In this document: positions 26,231 to 35,236 of the stretch, piece after piece
Numbering within the stretch: position 1 is the first letter of the stretch
Layout: each line of letters begins with the position of its first letter
Notes under the pieces: generated by a model
Told to the model about the DNA's origin: nothing
Databases searched by the model: none
What the model saw: the letters and a program-made list of their open reading frames with translations, nothing else
Program-made: the position numbers and the translations under genes
Virus record (IMG/VR): IMGVR_UViG_3300028840_004168
Location: 1-64,000 of that record
Length of the DNA: 64,000 nt
Strand: one strand, 5' to 3'
Source: a virus

Positions 26231-27037
26231 TTAACCTCTGCCTCTACCAGCCCCTCTGCCTGTTCCTCTGCCTGTTCCAGTTTTCTTTGGAGCTGCTTTG
26301 CCAGCGCCTTTAGAATTAGTTGGCTTAGGAGCAGTAGCCTTCTTACCACTACCGCCTCTGCCACTGCTTTTGGAGCTGCTTTTAGCAGACTCCTTTTTAG
26401 AAGCAGGTTCTGCTTTCTTTGTTTCTTCTTTGACAGTATCTTTCTTAGGAGCAGGAGCTGCTTTTGCAGCAGGAGCTGCTTTTGCAGCAGGAGCTGCTTT
26501 TGCAGCAGGAGACGGCGCAGGCGCTTCAATGCTTTCAATCGCCTTTACAAATTTGGCAACGCCAGTTTCGATACCATCTCCTACCTTTTTAATAATAGCT
26601 TCGACAGCCTTGATCAACTTGTTGATCTGAACGTTTAATTCTTTCAGCTCTTCCTCAACAGCAGTCAGATCAATGCCTGCATCTGCATCTTCTTCTTCTA
26701 CAGCCTCATCGTCTTCTACAGCCTCATCGTCTTCTACAGCCTGATCGTCTTCTACAGCCTCATCTTCTTCTACAGCCTCATCGTCTTCTACAGTCTCATC
26801 TTCTTCTACAGCCTGATCGTCTACATCATCACCTTGAAACTCTTTGTATATAGCAGTAAGCCTTACACAGTCATCACATAGATCAGGGTTATCTTCCTTG
26901 CACTGAATGCATTCCTCATGATTAGGCAGATGATATGCTCCGAAGTCGCTACAGTCCAGCTCAGAATATTTCTCTCTTGTCTCAGCTACATCTTCACGCC
27001 AGTTAACTTCTAAATCTTGTCCTTTCTTTTTAGCCAT
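26231..27037 (-). CDS. low-complexity protein: Cys motif, acidic repeats, coiled coil, AKAAP repeats, RG tail
   Basis: ORF track; AAGGAG SD. Confidence 0.8.
   Translation of the reverse strand: MAKKKGQDLEVNWREDVAETREKYSELDCSDFGAYHLPNHEECIQCKEDNPDLCDDCVRLTAIYKEFQGDDVDDQAVEEDETVEDDEAVEEDEAVEDDQAVEDDEAVEDDEAVEEEDADAGIDLTAVEEELKELNVQINKLIKAVEAIIKKVGDGIETGVAKFVKAIESIEAPAPSPAAKAAPAAKAAPAAKAAPAPKKDTVKEETKKAEPASKKESAKSSSKSSGRGGSGKKATAPKPTNSKGAGKAAPKKTGTGRGTGRGAGRGRG
26451..26510 (-). repeat. 18-nt tandem repeat (AAKAAP)
   Basis: GCAGGAGCTGCTTTTGCA x3 plus a partial copy. Confidence 0.9.
26694..26824 (-). repeat. 18-nt tandem repeat (EDDEAV)
   Basis: TCTTCTACAGCCTCATCG-like unit, about 7 copies. 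Confidence 0.9.
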
Positions 27038-27050
27038 GATTAAGCTCCTT

Positions 27051-28106
27051 TCATAAGTCTAGGTTTAAACCTATTTTAAAAGTTGTTATTATTTGTTTAT
27101 TTCTAAACAATTCATTCATCACATCTAAATCAACTATGTCATTTGGATCGCCAGACTCTAGCTGAATGACCGACAACGCCCCGCCAAAAAAATCTAAAAT
27201 TACAGATTTATTTTTCTCAAGATCATTTTCTTTGACATCAGAATCAAGCATCAAAATTATTTCTTCAGGAGCAAGTGCTGATAGAAGATAGGCCTGATAC
27301 TCACTTATCTTAGATCCAAGTATAGCTACAGTATTATGATAATCATAATCCCACATTCTGACAGCATCGAATATTCCTTCTGTAACCAGGACATAGTCTA
27401 TATGTTCAAGAGTAAGCAATCTATTATATCCAAACAGCATCCTGTTCTTGAAAGAGCCAGGGGGATTTTCCGTCTTAGGATCTCCATCAAGAAATGTTAT
27501 TGCCTGAAAGGTGTGTTCGTCCAGCGTAGTGATAGGAACAAATATCCTGTTCTCATACCTGGGCTTGATAATACCATCTTGTTTTTTCCTGCAGCTTTTT
27601 ATAGGTTCTGTGTATATGCATTCATAGCATATCCTGCAGCTAAGATCAGAAGCTTTAGCAAAGTCTAGCCCTCTGCCTGTCAGGTATTCAGGATAGTCAT
27701 CTTCGAGCAGCACTTCACTGCAGTCTGGTATAGATATCTTTACCTTTTTATCTTCAGTAGCAAATGATTCTATATGATCTGGCATTCTAACATGAATATT
27801 AAATGAATCAGAATCTTTCTTGTAAAGGTCTTCTACTGTATCTATAGGTATATCAAGATATTCGCCAACGAATTGTATAAAGTTGCCTGACCAGCTGCAT
27901 CTTGCACGATAACAAAATCCAGCTCCAGTTTTTTCATTTAAGAAAAACTTTTGTGATTTGTAAGATATATTTTGCCGTTGGCAAAAAGGGCAATCGAAAT
28001 TCAATTCGTTCCCTCTGTGAGCATTGCTTGAACGCACAACTCTATACCTAATGTTATGTTCTTCAAGGAATGCCTTGATATCAAATAATTCTCCGAGTAG
28101 CGGCAT
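27051..28106 (-). CDS. DNA primase (Zn finger plus Toprim)
   Basis: CPFC...CYRARC zinc-binding region, LVTEGIFDA, LMLDSD. Confidence 0.88.
   Translation of the reverse strand: MPLLGELFDIKAFLEEHNIRYRVVRSSNAHRGNELNFDCPFCQRQNISYKSQKFFLNEKTGAGFCYRARCSWSGNFIQFVGEYLDIPIDTVEDLYKKDSDSFNIHVRMPDHIESFATEDKKVKISIPDCSEVLLEDDYPEYLTGRGLDFAKASDLSCRICYECIYTEPIKSCRKKQDGIIKPRYENRIFVPITTLDEHTFQAITFLDGDPKTENPPGSFKNRMLFGYNRLLTLEHIDYVLVTEGIFDAVRMWDYDYHNTVAILGSKISEYQAYLLSALAPEEIILMLDSDVKENDLEKNKSVILDFFGGALSVIQLESGDPNDIVDLDVMNELFRNKQIITTFKIGLNLDL
27193..27206. repeat. dispersed palindrome, one mismatch (inside primase)
   Basis: TCTAAAATTACAGA with AA/TT flanks, codes SVILD. Confidence 0.65.
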
Positions 28107-28408
28107 TAGCTTTGAGCCTTCTTACCTTTCCTCTGGCCTTGTTTATTAGTGCCTGAACGCTGTCCTGCAAGATCATTTTCCAATGCTCCATCAATATTAA
28201 ACAGCAAGCCCTGGCCTTTTAAAGCAGCTGTAGCACAGTATTTCTCGAATGCATCAAAGAACTGCTCTTTGGCATGCCTCAACTCTTTATCGAAGTTACC
28301 CATGTCTTCTATCTCTACTTCGATCTGCATTGAAGGCTTAATGTTAGAGTATTGTTTCTTCAAAGGAATAGTGATCGCAGCTTCTAAAGCTACTTTTTTT
28401 ACTTTCAT
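28106..28408 (-). CDS. hypothetical protein
   Basis: ORF track; AGGAG SD; promoter upstream. Confidence 0.7.
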   Translation of the reverse strand: MKVKKVALEAAITIPLKKQYSNIKPSMQIEVEIEDMGNFDKELRHAKEQFFDAFEKYCATAALKGQGLLFNIDGALENDLAGQRSGTNKQGQRKGKKAQS

Positions 28409-28435
28409 TTTGGCTCCTAGTGCAAATTATAAGTA

Positions 28436-28465
28436 ATTATATGCTTAGCTTTTGGCAAATGTCAA
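28436..28465 (-). promoter_or_regulatory. sigma70-type promoter
   Basis: TTGACA-N18-TATAAT between the helicase and primase blocks. Confidence 0.7.
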
Positions 28466-28473
28466 GAAAAAAA

Positions 28474-29817
28474 TTAATCGCCAGTATAATCCGTAATCAA
28501 TGCCAAACCTTTCATGGCTGTTAACGGTATATTTTGCCTGCTTTCTCCTTCTCGCCATTTTGATAAAAATCCATTCATTTGATTCTGTGCTTCCATTTCT
28601 CTATTTTCACCTAAACCAAAAATTATGTCAAGTATCTTTGCCTTATCATACGCTTCACTGACATCTTCTTTTGTCAATACGGTTTTATCGGCTGATACTT
28701 TTGCTTGTATAGCTGTCCATCCAGATCTCTTTTCGTCTTTCATCCAGTCTTTATATGCCTGACAATTTTCTTTCTGTTTAAATCTTTCTTCTGTGGCCTT
28801 ACCGTTATATCCAACTATATCTAAATAATCAATATTTATTTGATGAAATTTTAATCCAAGTTCTCTTTCTTTTGTGTGTGTGATATGTTTCAATTCATCC
28901 ATAGTTTCAGAGCTGCATTCAACGATTTCAACATGCCCTGTTGTGCTTGAGTTTTTTATCTGGTTCATTATCCTGTTGGCTTCATGCGTTTCTCTTCTGG
29001 ACATGCCGCAATTCTTTATCTTATAGAAGTCTATCCCAAGCGTCCTGGCATCCAGCCTTGTAGTGACAAGGGACTGGACATCTTCAAATGTAAATATTAT
29101 GACGTTATAGCTATTCATCATGGCTGAATATGCCATGTTTACCAGGAATATTGACTTGCCTACATTGGGCTTTGTAAGGACGGCAGCTGCCTTAGTAGCA
29201 TCTACACCGCCATACAGGTATCCATCCAGCTGCATTATGCCAGTAGGTATCATAAAATCATTATCGTCTATTTCTCCCCTCAGAGTAGTCATCCTGCGAT
29301 GACGCTCATACCTCATTGCCTGTCTATCTTCCCAGTTGCCAACAAAGTCAATAGATTCTGATTCGTCCGACACTCCTATCTCTGCCAAAGAGCTTTTAAC
29401 ATTGCTAAGCTCTCTGTAGAAGTCACCGCCGTTTAAAATAGAATCTCCAAAAGAATCTATGACGTTCTTTACCTGCACCATATCAAAGTATTCTTTAATT
29501 TCTGCTAAGGCAAAGTCAGCATCCCTGACAGCTTTTGCCTGCAGCTCTTTAAAATCCATATAATAGATGTCTTTTTTCTTGTCGCTTATCTTCCTGTCTT
29601 TATCAAGAATCCTTCTCAATACTTTTCTGCTAAGCGGCCTGTCTTGCTGCCAGCGCTTGAAAATGCACTGGTAGAAGTAGTTGTGCTGAGGCATCCTGAA
29701 TATGCGTCTATTGCCTACAAAAGTGCAGAGCATAGAACAAAACTCAGTATCTCTCAAAGCTTTAGCTAGTATGTCTCTCTCAAAAGCAGGCGTTAGTTTT
29801 GGACTACCATCAGCCAT
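28474..29817 (-). CDS. dnaB: DnaB-like replicative helicase
   Basis: PTGIMQLDGYLYGG, KPNVGKS Walker A, FTFED, IDYLDI, WTAIQ. Confidence 0.88.
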   Translation of the reverse strand: MADGSPKLTPAFERDILAKALRDTEFCSMLCTFVGNRRIFRMPQHNYFYQCIFKRWQQDRPLSRKVLRRILDKDRKISDKKKDIYYMDFKELQAKAVRDADFALAEIKEYFDMVQVKNVIDSFGDSILNGGDFYRELSNVKSSLAEIGVSDESESIDFVGNWEDRQAMRYERHRRMTTLRGEIDDNDFMIPTGIMQLDGYLYGGVDATKAAAVLTKPNVGKSIFLVNMAYSAMMNSYNVIIFTFEDVQSLVTTRLDARTLGIDFYKIKNCGMSRRETHEANRIMNQIKNSSTTGHVEIVECSSETMDELKHITHTKERELGLKFHQINIDYLDIVGYNGKATEERFKQKENCQAYKDWMKDEKRSGWTAIQAKVSADKTVLTKEDVSEAYDKAKILDIIFGLGENREMEAQNQMNGFLSKWREGESRQNIPLTAMKGLALITDYTGD

Positions 29818-29825
29818 AGTGACCT

Positions 29826-30683
29826 CTATATATTAAACCTGTAATCAATGGTTGTATCTAATAAAATAAATTCATATCTTTCTTGTAATACAGAGACTAT
29901 CGAATCATTGTATTCATCACACAAATCATCAGGGCTGTAATTGGTGCTGATTATAGTAGCCAGCCCATTGTCCACTCTGTATTTTATTATTGTTTCAATA
30001 GCCGTCTGAACCTCAAAAGCCATCTTCTCAACCTTTGTCTCTTTGCCAAATTCGTCTATGGCGAGAAAGTCGCAATTGAGAATGACCTTAAAAAGTTTTT
30101 TATAAAAAGCGCTTTGTTCATTTATATATCTTTTAGAACTGCTCATGAAAATATCAACCAGATCTCTCATGCTCGCATAGTATAAAGAAAAATCTGGAAT
30201 TTCAGAAAATTTATCCATCAAGTCGAGCATAGTTATCGTTTTGCCACAGCCATTTGGCCCGAACAAAAATAATGACTTGCCATCTTTATACCTTTCATTG
30301 CTGATATAGCTATTGATCCTGTCTTTATACAGGAACATCACTTTGCCAGGAGAAGACTTGTAAACAGCTTCGCCATCTACTATTTCTTTTCTGAAACGAT
30401 ATGGCACGCATTTCTTTTCAAAGATGCCTCTCCTTGAGTCTTTTACTTTATCAAGCTTGCTTGTCGGAATGCCTGCTTTGACCAGCGTTGCCAGCCTGTC
30501 ATATCTTTTAACACATTTGCATCTGGCAACTTTAGGCATCCGCTTCTTCATGTCGAACGTTACAACATTCCCATTGTCACACTCATTACAAGCGCCCACT
30601 ATACTGCGCCGTAGAGCGTCCAGCCTGTCGGCATTCATTTCATAAAGTATATTTTCTTCTGACAATACTACATCTTCAAGCAC
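29826..30683 (-). CDS. DnaC/IstB-like helicase loader ATPase
   Basis: N-terminal CNEC...CKC, FGPNGCGKT, FLAIDEFGKE, IISTNY. Confidence 0.85.
   Translation of the reverse strand: MLEDVVLSEENILYEMNADRLDALRRSIVGACNECDNGNVVTFDMKKRMPKVARCKCVKRYDRLATLVKAGIPTSKLDKVKDSRRGIFEKKCVPYRFRKEIVDGEAVYKSSPGKVMFLYKDRINSYISNERYKDGKSLFLFGPNGCGKTITMLDLMDKFSEIPDFSLYYASMRDLVDIFMSSSKRYINEQSAFYKKLFKVILNCDFLAIDEFGKETKVEKMAFEVQTAIETIIKYRVDNGLATIISTNYSPDDLCDEYNDSIVSVLQERYEFILLDTTIDYRFNI
30193..30206. repeat. dispersed palindrome (exact, inside the loader gene)
   Basis: TCTGGAATTTCAGA, codes SEIPD. Confidence 0.8.
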
Positions 30684-30693
30684 ATTACATCCT

Positions 30694-31248
30694 TTACTTA
30701 AACATTTCTGTTTCTATCTTTGACTTGGAAACAGTTCCTCTAGCGCCCTTCCTCTTATTAAATTTTTTGTCTTTGTTTAAAAAGTTTATGAGCATCTTAG
30801 AGCTACATATAAAACCTACCAATATCGCAACAGAGTTAGTATAATTCATCCTGGCTATGTCTGAGTTATAATAATATTCATATATATAGTTCAGATAAAT
30901 GCCATATTCATCTTTAGGAATGTAATCATATCCATGATCATTAAGGAATGTTACAATTTTCCTTCTGGTATCTTTGTCAGGAAATCCAGGCGCTATCAAA
31001 TCGTTTCTGTTTAAAAGCTCTTTTATAGCGTCAATAAATGCCTCAGACTTTGTATCTACTTTATCAGTATAAATTCTGATATTCCTCTGCGGCGTTTTTA
31101 ATATCTTTGATATCTCTTCTTTTATTGTGGCATTAGATAAGCCAAGCTCTATCAGATCAAGCGCTTCAGCGTTTATTCTTACTTTTATTTTTGTTTGCTT
31201 TGGCCCTTCTTGGCTTTTTTTGCCTTGTGCTTTCTTTGCCATTATCAA
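30694..31248 (-). CDS. hypothetical protein
   Basis: ORF track; MAKKAQGKK N-terminus. Confidence 0.65.
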   Translation of the reverse strand: MIMAKKAQGKKSQEGPKQTKIKVRINAEALDLIELGLSNATIKEEISKILKTPQRNIRIYTDKVDTKSEAFIDAIKELLNRNDLIAPGFPDKDTRRKIVTFLNDHGYDYIPKDEYGIYLNYIYEYYYNSDIARMNYTNSVAILVGFICSSKMLINFLNKDKKFNKRKGARGTVSKSKIETEMFK

Positions 31249-31516
31249 GCTCTAATGTTAATAGGTTAATAAGTGACTTGTTCAAATCAGGAATTGCAAA
31301 TATCCCCAGCTTAACAATCTGCTCAGTCCTGTATTCACAGACCAGTCCTGTGCAATCCCATTCGATGTCGTATGTCAAAGAAACCCTTAGCTCCTGCGTT
31401 AATACATGCTGCTTGCCGCATATGATCGGCTTGTTGTAAACCTCTTTGACAGTGCCAAGCATGTCTCCTTCAGGGTAATAGACCCTGTCTCCTTTGTTAA
31501 GCAACTTGCTGTTCAT
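31166..31516 (-). CDS. hypothetical protein (SH3-like beta N-terminus possible)
   Basis: KGDRVYYPEGDMLGTVKEV...YDIEWD pattern. Confidence 0.6.
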   Translation of the reverse strand: MNSKLLNKGDRVYYPEGDMLGTVKEVYNKPIICGKQHVLTQELRVSLTYDIEWDCTGLVCEYRTEQIVKLGIFAIPDLNKSLINLLTLELDNGKESTRQKKPRRAKANKNKSKNKR

Positions 31517-32990
31517 GTACTGTCAAAGCAGGCTCACTGTAATAAACGCCCAATCGCCCAAAGCTGTGAGCGCTTAAATACTTATTCTGCCTGTGCAGAT
31601 AGTCAACGTAATAAACCTTCTGATGCTTATTAGGATCGATGTCAACAGCTCCAGGATCTTTTCTCTTTCTTAGTATCCTGCCGAGCTTTTGAACTGTAGC
31701 CACAGGGCTATCGCCCCCACAGGCATTGATTGCAGCATCAGCTTCAGGGAAGTCTAACCCTTCGTTGCCTAGCTTTGTAATCAGCAGCCCACGCAGATCA
31801 CCAGATCTGTAAGCATCAAAAATTTCTTCACGTTGATCTGTTTTTATTTTGCCATGAACGAACTCGTAATGATCTTCATGCAGTTTCTTGCTTTCTGTGA
31901 TCATCTGTTTGATCTTGTAGCCATGTTCAAGGCGGTCAACAAATATAATGAATTGCAGTCCACGCTCGTAAAAGAATCGTGCACGTTTAACTATATCTAT
32001 ATTTAAAGGTTCGAAATCTACGATTGCATTCTGGTATACTTCAGTCCAGTGATCGCCGCCTATACCAGCAGCAGGCATGTTATATACCATAATACTGGCA
32101 TCGGCAAGCCATCCCCTTTCTATCAATTCAGAGGTAGACATGTTATAGATGACATTGCCGACATGCCCTTCCAGATACAGGTCATCGTCATACTTACGAA
32201 AGGCTGTAGCTGAAAATCCCCAACGGCATCCAGTATTGGTGCAGCGCCGTATTATAGTCCTGAACATCTTGCTGGCGCTATGATGGTATTCGTCAAGTAT
32301 AAGGCCGTCTACCCCTGCCAGCCATTCCTTCATAAATTTGTTTTGCCTTTTGTCTTTGCTCCTATTCTTTTCATACAGCGACTTAACAATGGCAATAGTA
32401 AAAGGCTTATCGAACTCATAGTTACCATCTCCTATCATGCCAACGTTATCTTCGCCAACAAGGTTCTTGTAGAATTTAACATGCTGATAAGCAATAGAAC
32501 TCAGGTCGATCACGATGAGCATTCTATTAAATTTGTAGGCGTTGCTTAAAAGGCCCATGATCAAGCTTTTGCCAGAGCCAGTAGCCATAGAAAAACCGCC
32601 ACAAGCATTGTCTATACCAGCCTGCAAAGCTTCATTCTGGTAGTCCCTGGGCACAAATGGCATCCCCTGAATAAAGGAAGCAAGTCTGGCCTCATCGTGG
32701 TCTACCTTAGTCCTCTCATCCTCTATCTCAATGTTCCTAAACCCTGCATTATATATGGCTGTGCATACATGATTTGTGAGTCCAGAAGGGAATGTTTTAT
32801 ATTTTTCGTTGAATAGCTTGACATAAGGAGACAAGGTATACCCTTGTTTTAACAAATTCTCTTTATTAGGATCATAGAATTTTGTTTCATTTCCTATAAT
32901 CTTAAGTATATCTTGATATGCATCAAGTTTTATATTAGTCACGAAAGTCTTGTTATTCTTGACTTTCAATGAAATATCAGGTCTAGGCAT
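31497..32990 (-). CDS. UvsW-like superfamily 2 helicase
   Basis: PRDYQ Q-motif, ATGSGKS, DEYH, SAT, EGLDFP, QKLGRILR. Confidence 0.9.
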   Translation of the reverse strand: MPRPDISLKVKNNKTFVTNIKLDAYQDILKIIGNETKFYDPNKENLLKQGYTLSPYVKLFNEKYKTFPSGLTNHVCTAIYNAGFRNIEIEDERTKVDHDEARLASFIQGMPFVPRDYQNEALQAGIDNACGGFSMATGSGKSLIMGLLSNAYKFNRMLIVIDLSSIAYQHVKFYKNLVGEDNVGMIGDGNYEFDKPFTIAIVKSLYEKNRSKDKRQNKFMKEWLAGVDGLILDEYHHSASKMFRTIIRRCTNTGCRWGFSATAFRKYDDDLYLEGHVGNVIYNMSTSELIERGWLADASIMVYNMPAAGIGGDHWTEVYQNAIVDFEPLNIDIVKRARFFYERGLQFIIFVDRLEHGYKIKQMITESKKLHEDHYEFVHGKIKTDQREEIFDAYRSGDLRGLLITKLGNEGLDFPEADAAINACGGDSPVATVQKLGRILRKRKDPGAVDIDPNKHQKVYYVDYLHRQNKYLSAHSFGRLGVYYSEPALTVHEQQVA

Positions 32991-32992
32991 TA

Positions 32993-35236
32993 CTATTCCT
33001 TATCTGGATTAGTCACATCTACCAAATCACTTGCTGCGTCTATAACATGCATGGACTCATATAGCTGGAAGCATGGTGAAGGCAACCCCATGATGCATGG
33101 CTCATGTCCATGAGTAAAACAGTTGTGAACAGTCCATGTCTTAGCTATATACGATTCATCGCCTTGCACTTCCAGGTTATATACAGTGCCTGTGTGCTTC
33201 TTCACAGAACAGCTTTCCACCTTTAGGAACTTCTTATCTCCAATCGATCTGACATCTATCTGTTTGTTTACCGAAGTCAGCTTGTAGTTAAAGTTAGGCT
33301 CTCCTGTGATATCAGCAAATTCATTAATAGCCCTCATCATTATCGCAATACTGTAGATATACCTTTTGTTTCGTGATCTGACAGTAAAGGGCTCTTCATC
33401 GTTATTGATTTTGAATCCTGCCAGAAAGCTGGCTATGTTGCGTTCATCCAGCCCAAAGAACCATCTCGGTATGATCTTATCCCTGTATGGCTGTTTAGCT
33501 CCGAACAAGCGCTGTAAGAATCTGGCAAGGATATCGCATTCGATCAGGATTATAATTTTGCCGTCTGCATTATATTTAAATTTAATAACACTATCATCAA
33601 GGTCAAATAAATATTTTGTAATTGCAGAAATTTCATCTTTGGCTTGATCGTTTTTGGCAGCTATGTCTACTATAAATCTTGACTTGGTTCCTTTCTCTTC
33701 AGCCATAATTCCTATCCTGCCGCTACTTACAAAGATACCGAAGAACTTCAACAGCTCAGGAGTAAGGCTGAGCTTGTTATCTATCCTTATTCCTTTTGAC
33801 TTATCAAAGACAGTGTGTATGGTTTTATCTTTTTCATCATAGATTATATCTTCACTGTCAAGTGAGCGAGTATCTTTATCTGTAAGAGTTTTGGAGATGA
33901 GCAGGTTAACAAGGTTTACATAGACATTATAATCGAAATAATTAATGTAGACATCTTTGTTATCGTTTATCATGCTCTTTATCGTCTTTATAGGCAGATA
34001 TCCGATTATAGGTTCCATGCCTGCATGCGGATGGTCATACGTGCACAGCACTGGATGATCTTCTGTAGCCTTTAGAGGTTCGCTAATTCCTTTTATATTG
34101 AGAACCACTATGTCTTCATCTTTAACATCACGTCTCATTACATCAGTCACAGGCATGAACCGTCCCTGGTCTGTAAGCACTTTGTCTGTGCTTATATCTA
34201 TATGAGATATAGGCTTTACTATATTCTTCTCTACCATTATTTCCTGGTTTCCCAGGAAGCATGGAGCGCATGGAGGCTTTACATCTAATGCCCTAACGTT
34301 AGTATAATACCTCATTCTCAGATCAGATGGGAATGGGCCGTATATAGCCACAGTAGGTTTCTTTAACGCACCAGCCAGATGCCCTATAGATGAATCAGGC
34401 ACTACAGCAAGGTCGCACAGGTCTATAAGTGCTATCACCTGTTGCCAAGTAGGACATATATCAGCAGAGAAGTAGTAGTCATCAGGGTTAACTCTGAAGA
34501 ACCTCAGATCGTTCTTTATAGATACAGCCTCTCTTGCAGACGATGCCATAACTACATTCCATCCTGTGTCTTTAAAATAGCTGGCAACCTCTACTTGCTT
34601 CTTCTGATCTGGAGTCCTGATTGGAGAAGATGCCCTCATGTGTATCACAAGAGTCTTCTTGCCGTTAGATAAGAATACATTATCTTCTATAAGCTTTTCC
34701 TGCAGTTCTTTATCTACATGCACATAAGGAAGCTTTTCTTCTGCAGGAATAGGCTCATGATCTATGAAAAGCCTTTCCAGGAACAGATCATAGGCATTCA
34801 TCTGTGAAGCTTTTTCGCTTCCTTCAATTATGCCTTCAAAAATAATATGGTAGTCAGCTGCTTCCCATTCCTTAAGCAGCAAAGGTGCAGATCCTATTAC
34901 ATCTATATATGGATTGCCCTCTATAACTCCATGATATCTTTCAGCACAATACACATGGACTATTGCTTCTGGATATTTCTTTTTCAAATGTTTGATTGCT
35001 ACGGAAAGGAAGAGTATGTCACCAGCGCCGCCGTTTCTCAAGGCATACAGCGTCTTGCCATTCAGGTCTTCACCTTCATATTTTTTATAGTAGCTGTAAA
35101 AGTCAGCCACCATATACTTTTCAGGGTTGCGTCCTACCAGATCCTGCCATTGCCTTGCCGTCATGTCATTGACGACATAAAACTCGTCAGGGACTATCTG
35201 CTCCGAGACTTTGTCCTTCAACATTATCAGTCTCAT
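32993..35236 (-). CDS. GT9-family glycosyltransferase containing an intein
   Basis: GGAGDILF, DSSIGHLAGAL..PTVAIYGPF GT9 motifs; exteins rejoin as PPCAP-CFTHGHEPC. Confidence 0.88.
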   Translation of the reverse strand: MRLIMLKDKVSEQIVPDEFYVVNDMTARQWQDLVGRNPEKYMVADFYSYYKKYEGEDLNGKTLYALRNGGAGDILFLSVAIKHLKKKYPEAIVHVYCAERYHGVIEGNPYIDVIGSAPLLLKEWEAADYHIIFEGIIEGSEKASQMNAYDLFLERLFIDHEPIPAEEKLPYVHVDKELQEKLIEDNVFLSNGKKTLVIHMRASSPIRTPDQKKQVEVASYFKDTGWNVVMASSAREAVSIKNDLRFFRVNPDDYYFSADICPTWQQVIALIDLCDLAVVPDSSIGHLAGALKKPTVAIYGPFPSDLRMRYYTNVRALDVKPPCAPCFLGNQEIMVEKNIVKPISHIDISTDKVLTDQGRFMPVTDVMRRDVKDEDIVVLNIKGISEPLKATEDHPVLCTYDHPHAGMEPIIGYLPIKTIKSMINDNKDVYINYFDYNVYVNLVNLLISKTLTDKDTRSLDSEDIIYDEKDKTIHTVFDKSKGIRIDNKLSLTPELLKFFGIFVSSGRIGIMAEEKGTKSRFIVDIAAKNDQAKDEISAITKYLFDLDDSVIKFKYNADGKIIILIECDILARFLQRLFGAKQPYRDKIIPRWFFGLDERNIASFLAGFKINNDEEPFTVRSRNKRYIYSIAIMMRAINEFADITGEPNFNYKLTSVNKQIDVRSIGDKKFLKVESCSVKKHTGTVYNLEVQGDESYIAKTWTVHNCFTHGHEPCIMGLPSPCFQLYESMHVIDAASDLVDVTNPDKE
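33122..34261 (-). mobile_element. intein (380 aa) with degenerate LAGLIDADG endonuclease
   Basis: Block A CFLGNQEI, block B ATEDHP, block F VYNLEV, block G TVHN followed by +1 Cys; FFGIFVSSG and FLAGF remnants. Confidence 0.9.
33615..33628. repeat. dispersed palindrome, one mismatch (inside intein)
   Basis: TTTGTAATTGCAGA, codes SAITK. Confidence 0.6.

Noticed and set aside
26451-26824. Tandem repeats considered as CRISPR or DGR elements
   Set aside because: They are in-frame 18-nt coding repeats without spacers, and no reverse transcriptase or template/variable pair is present.
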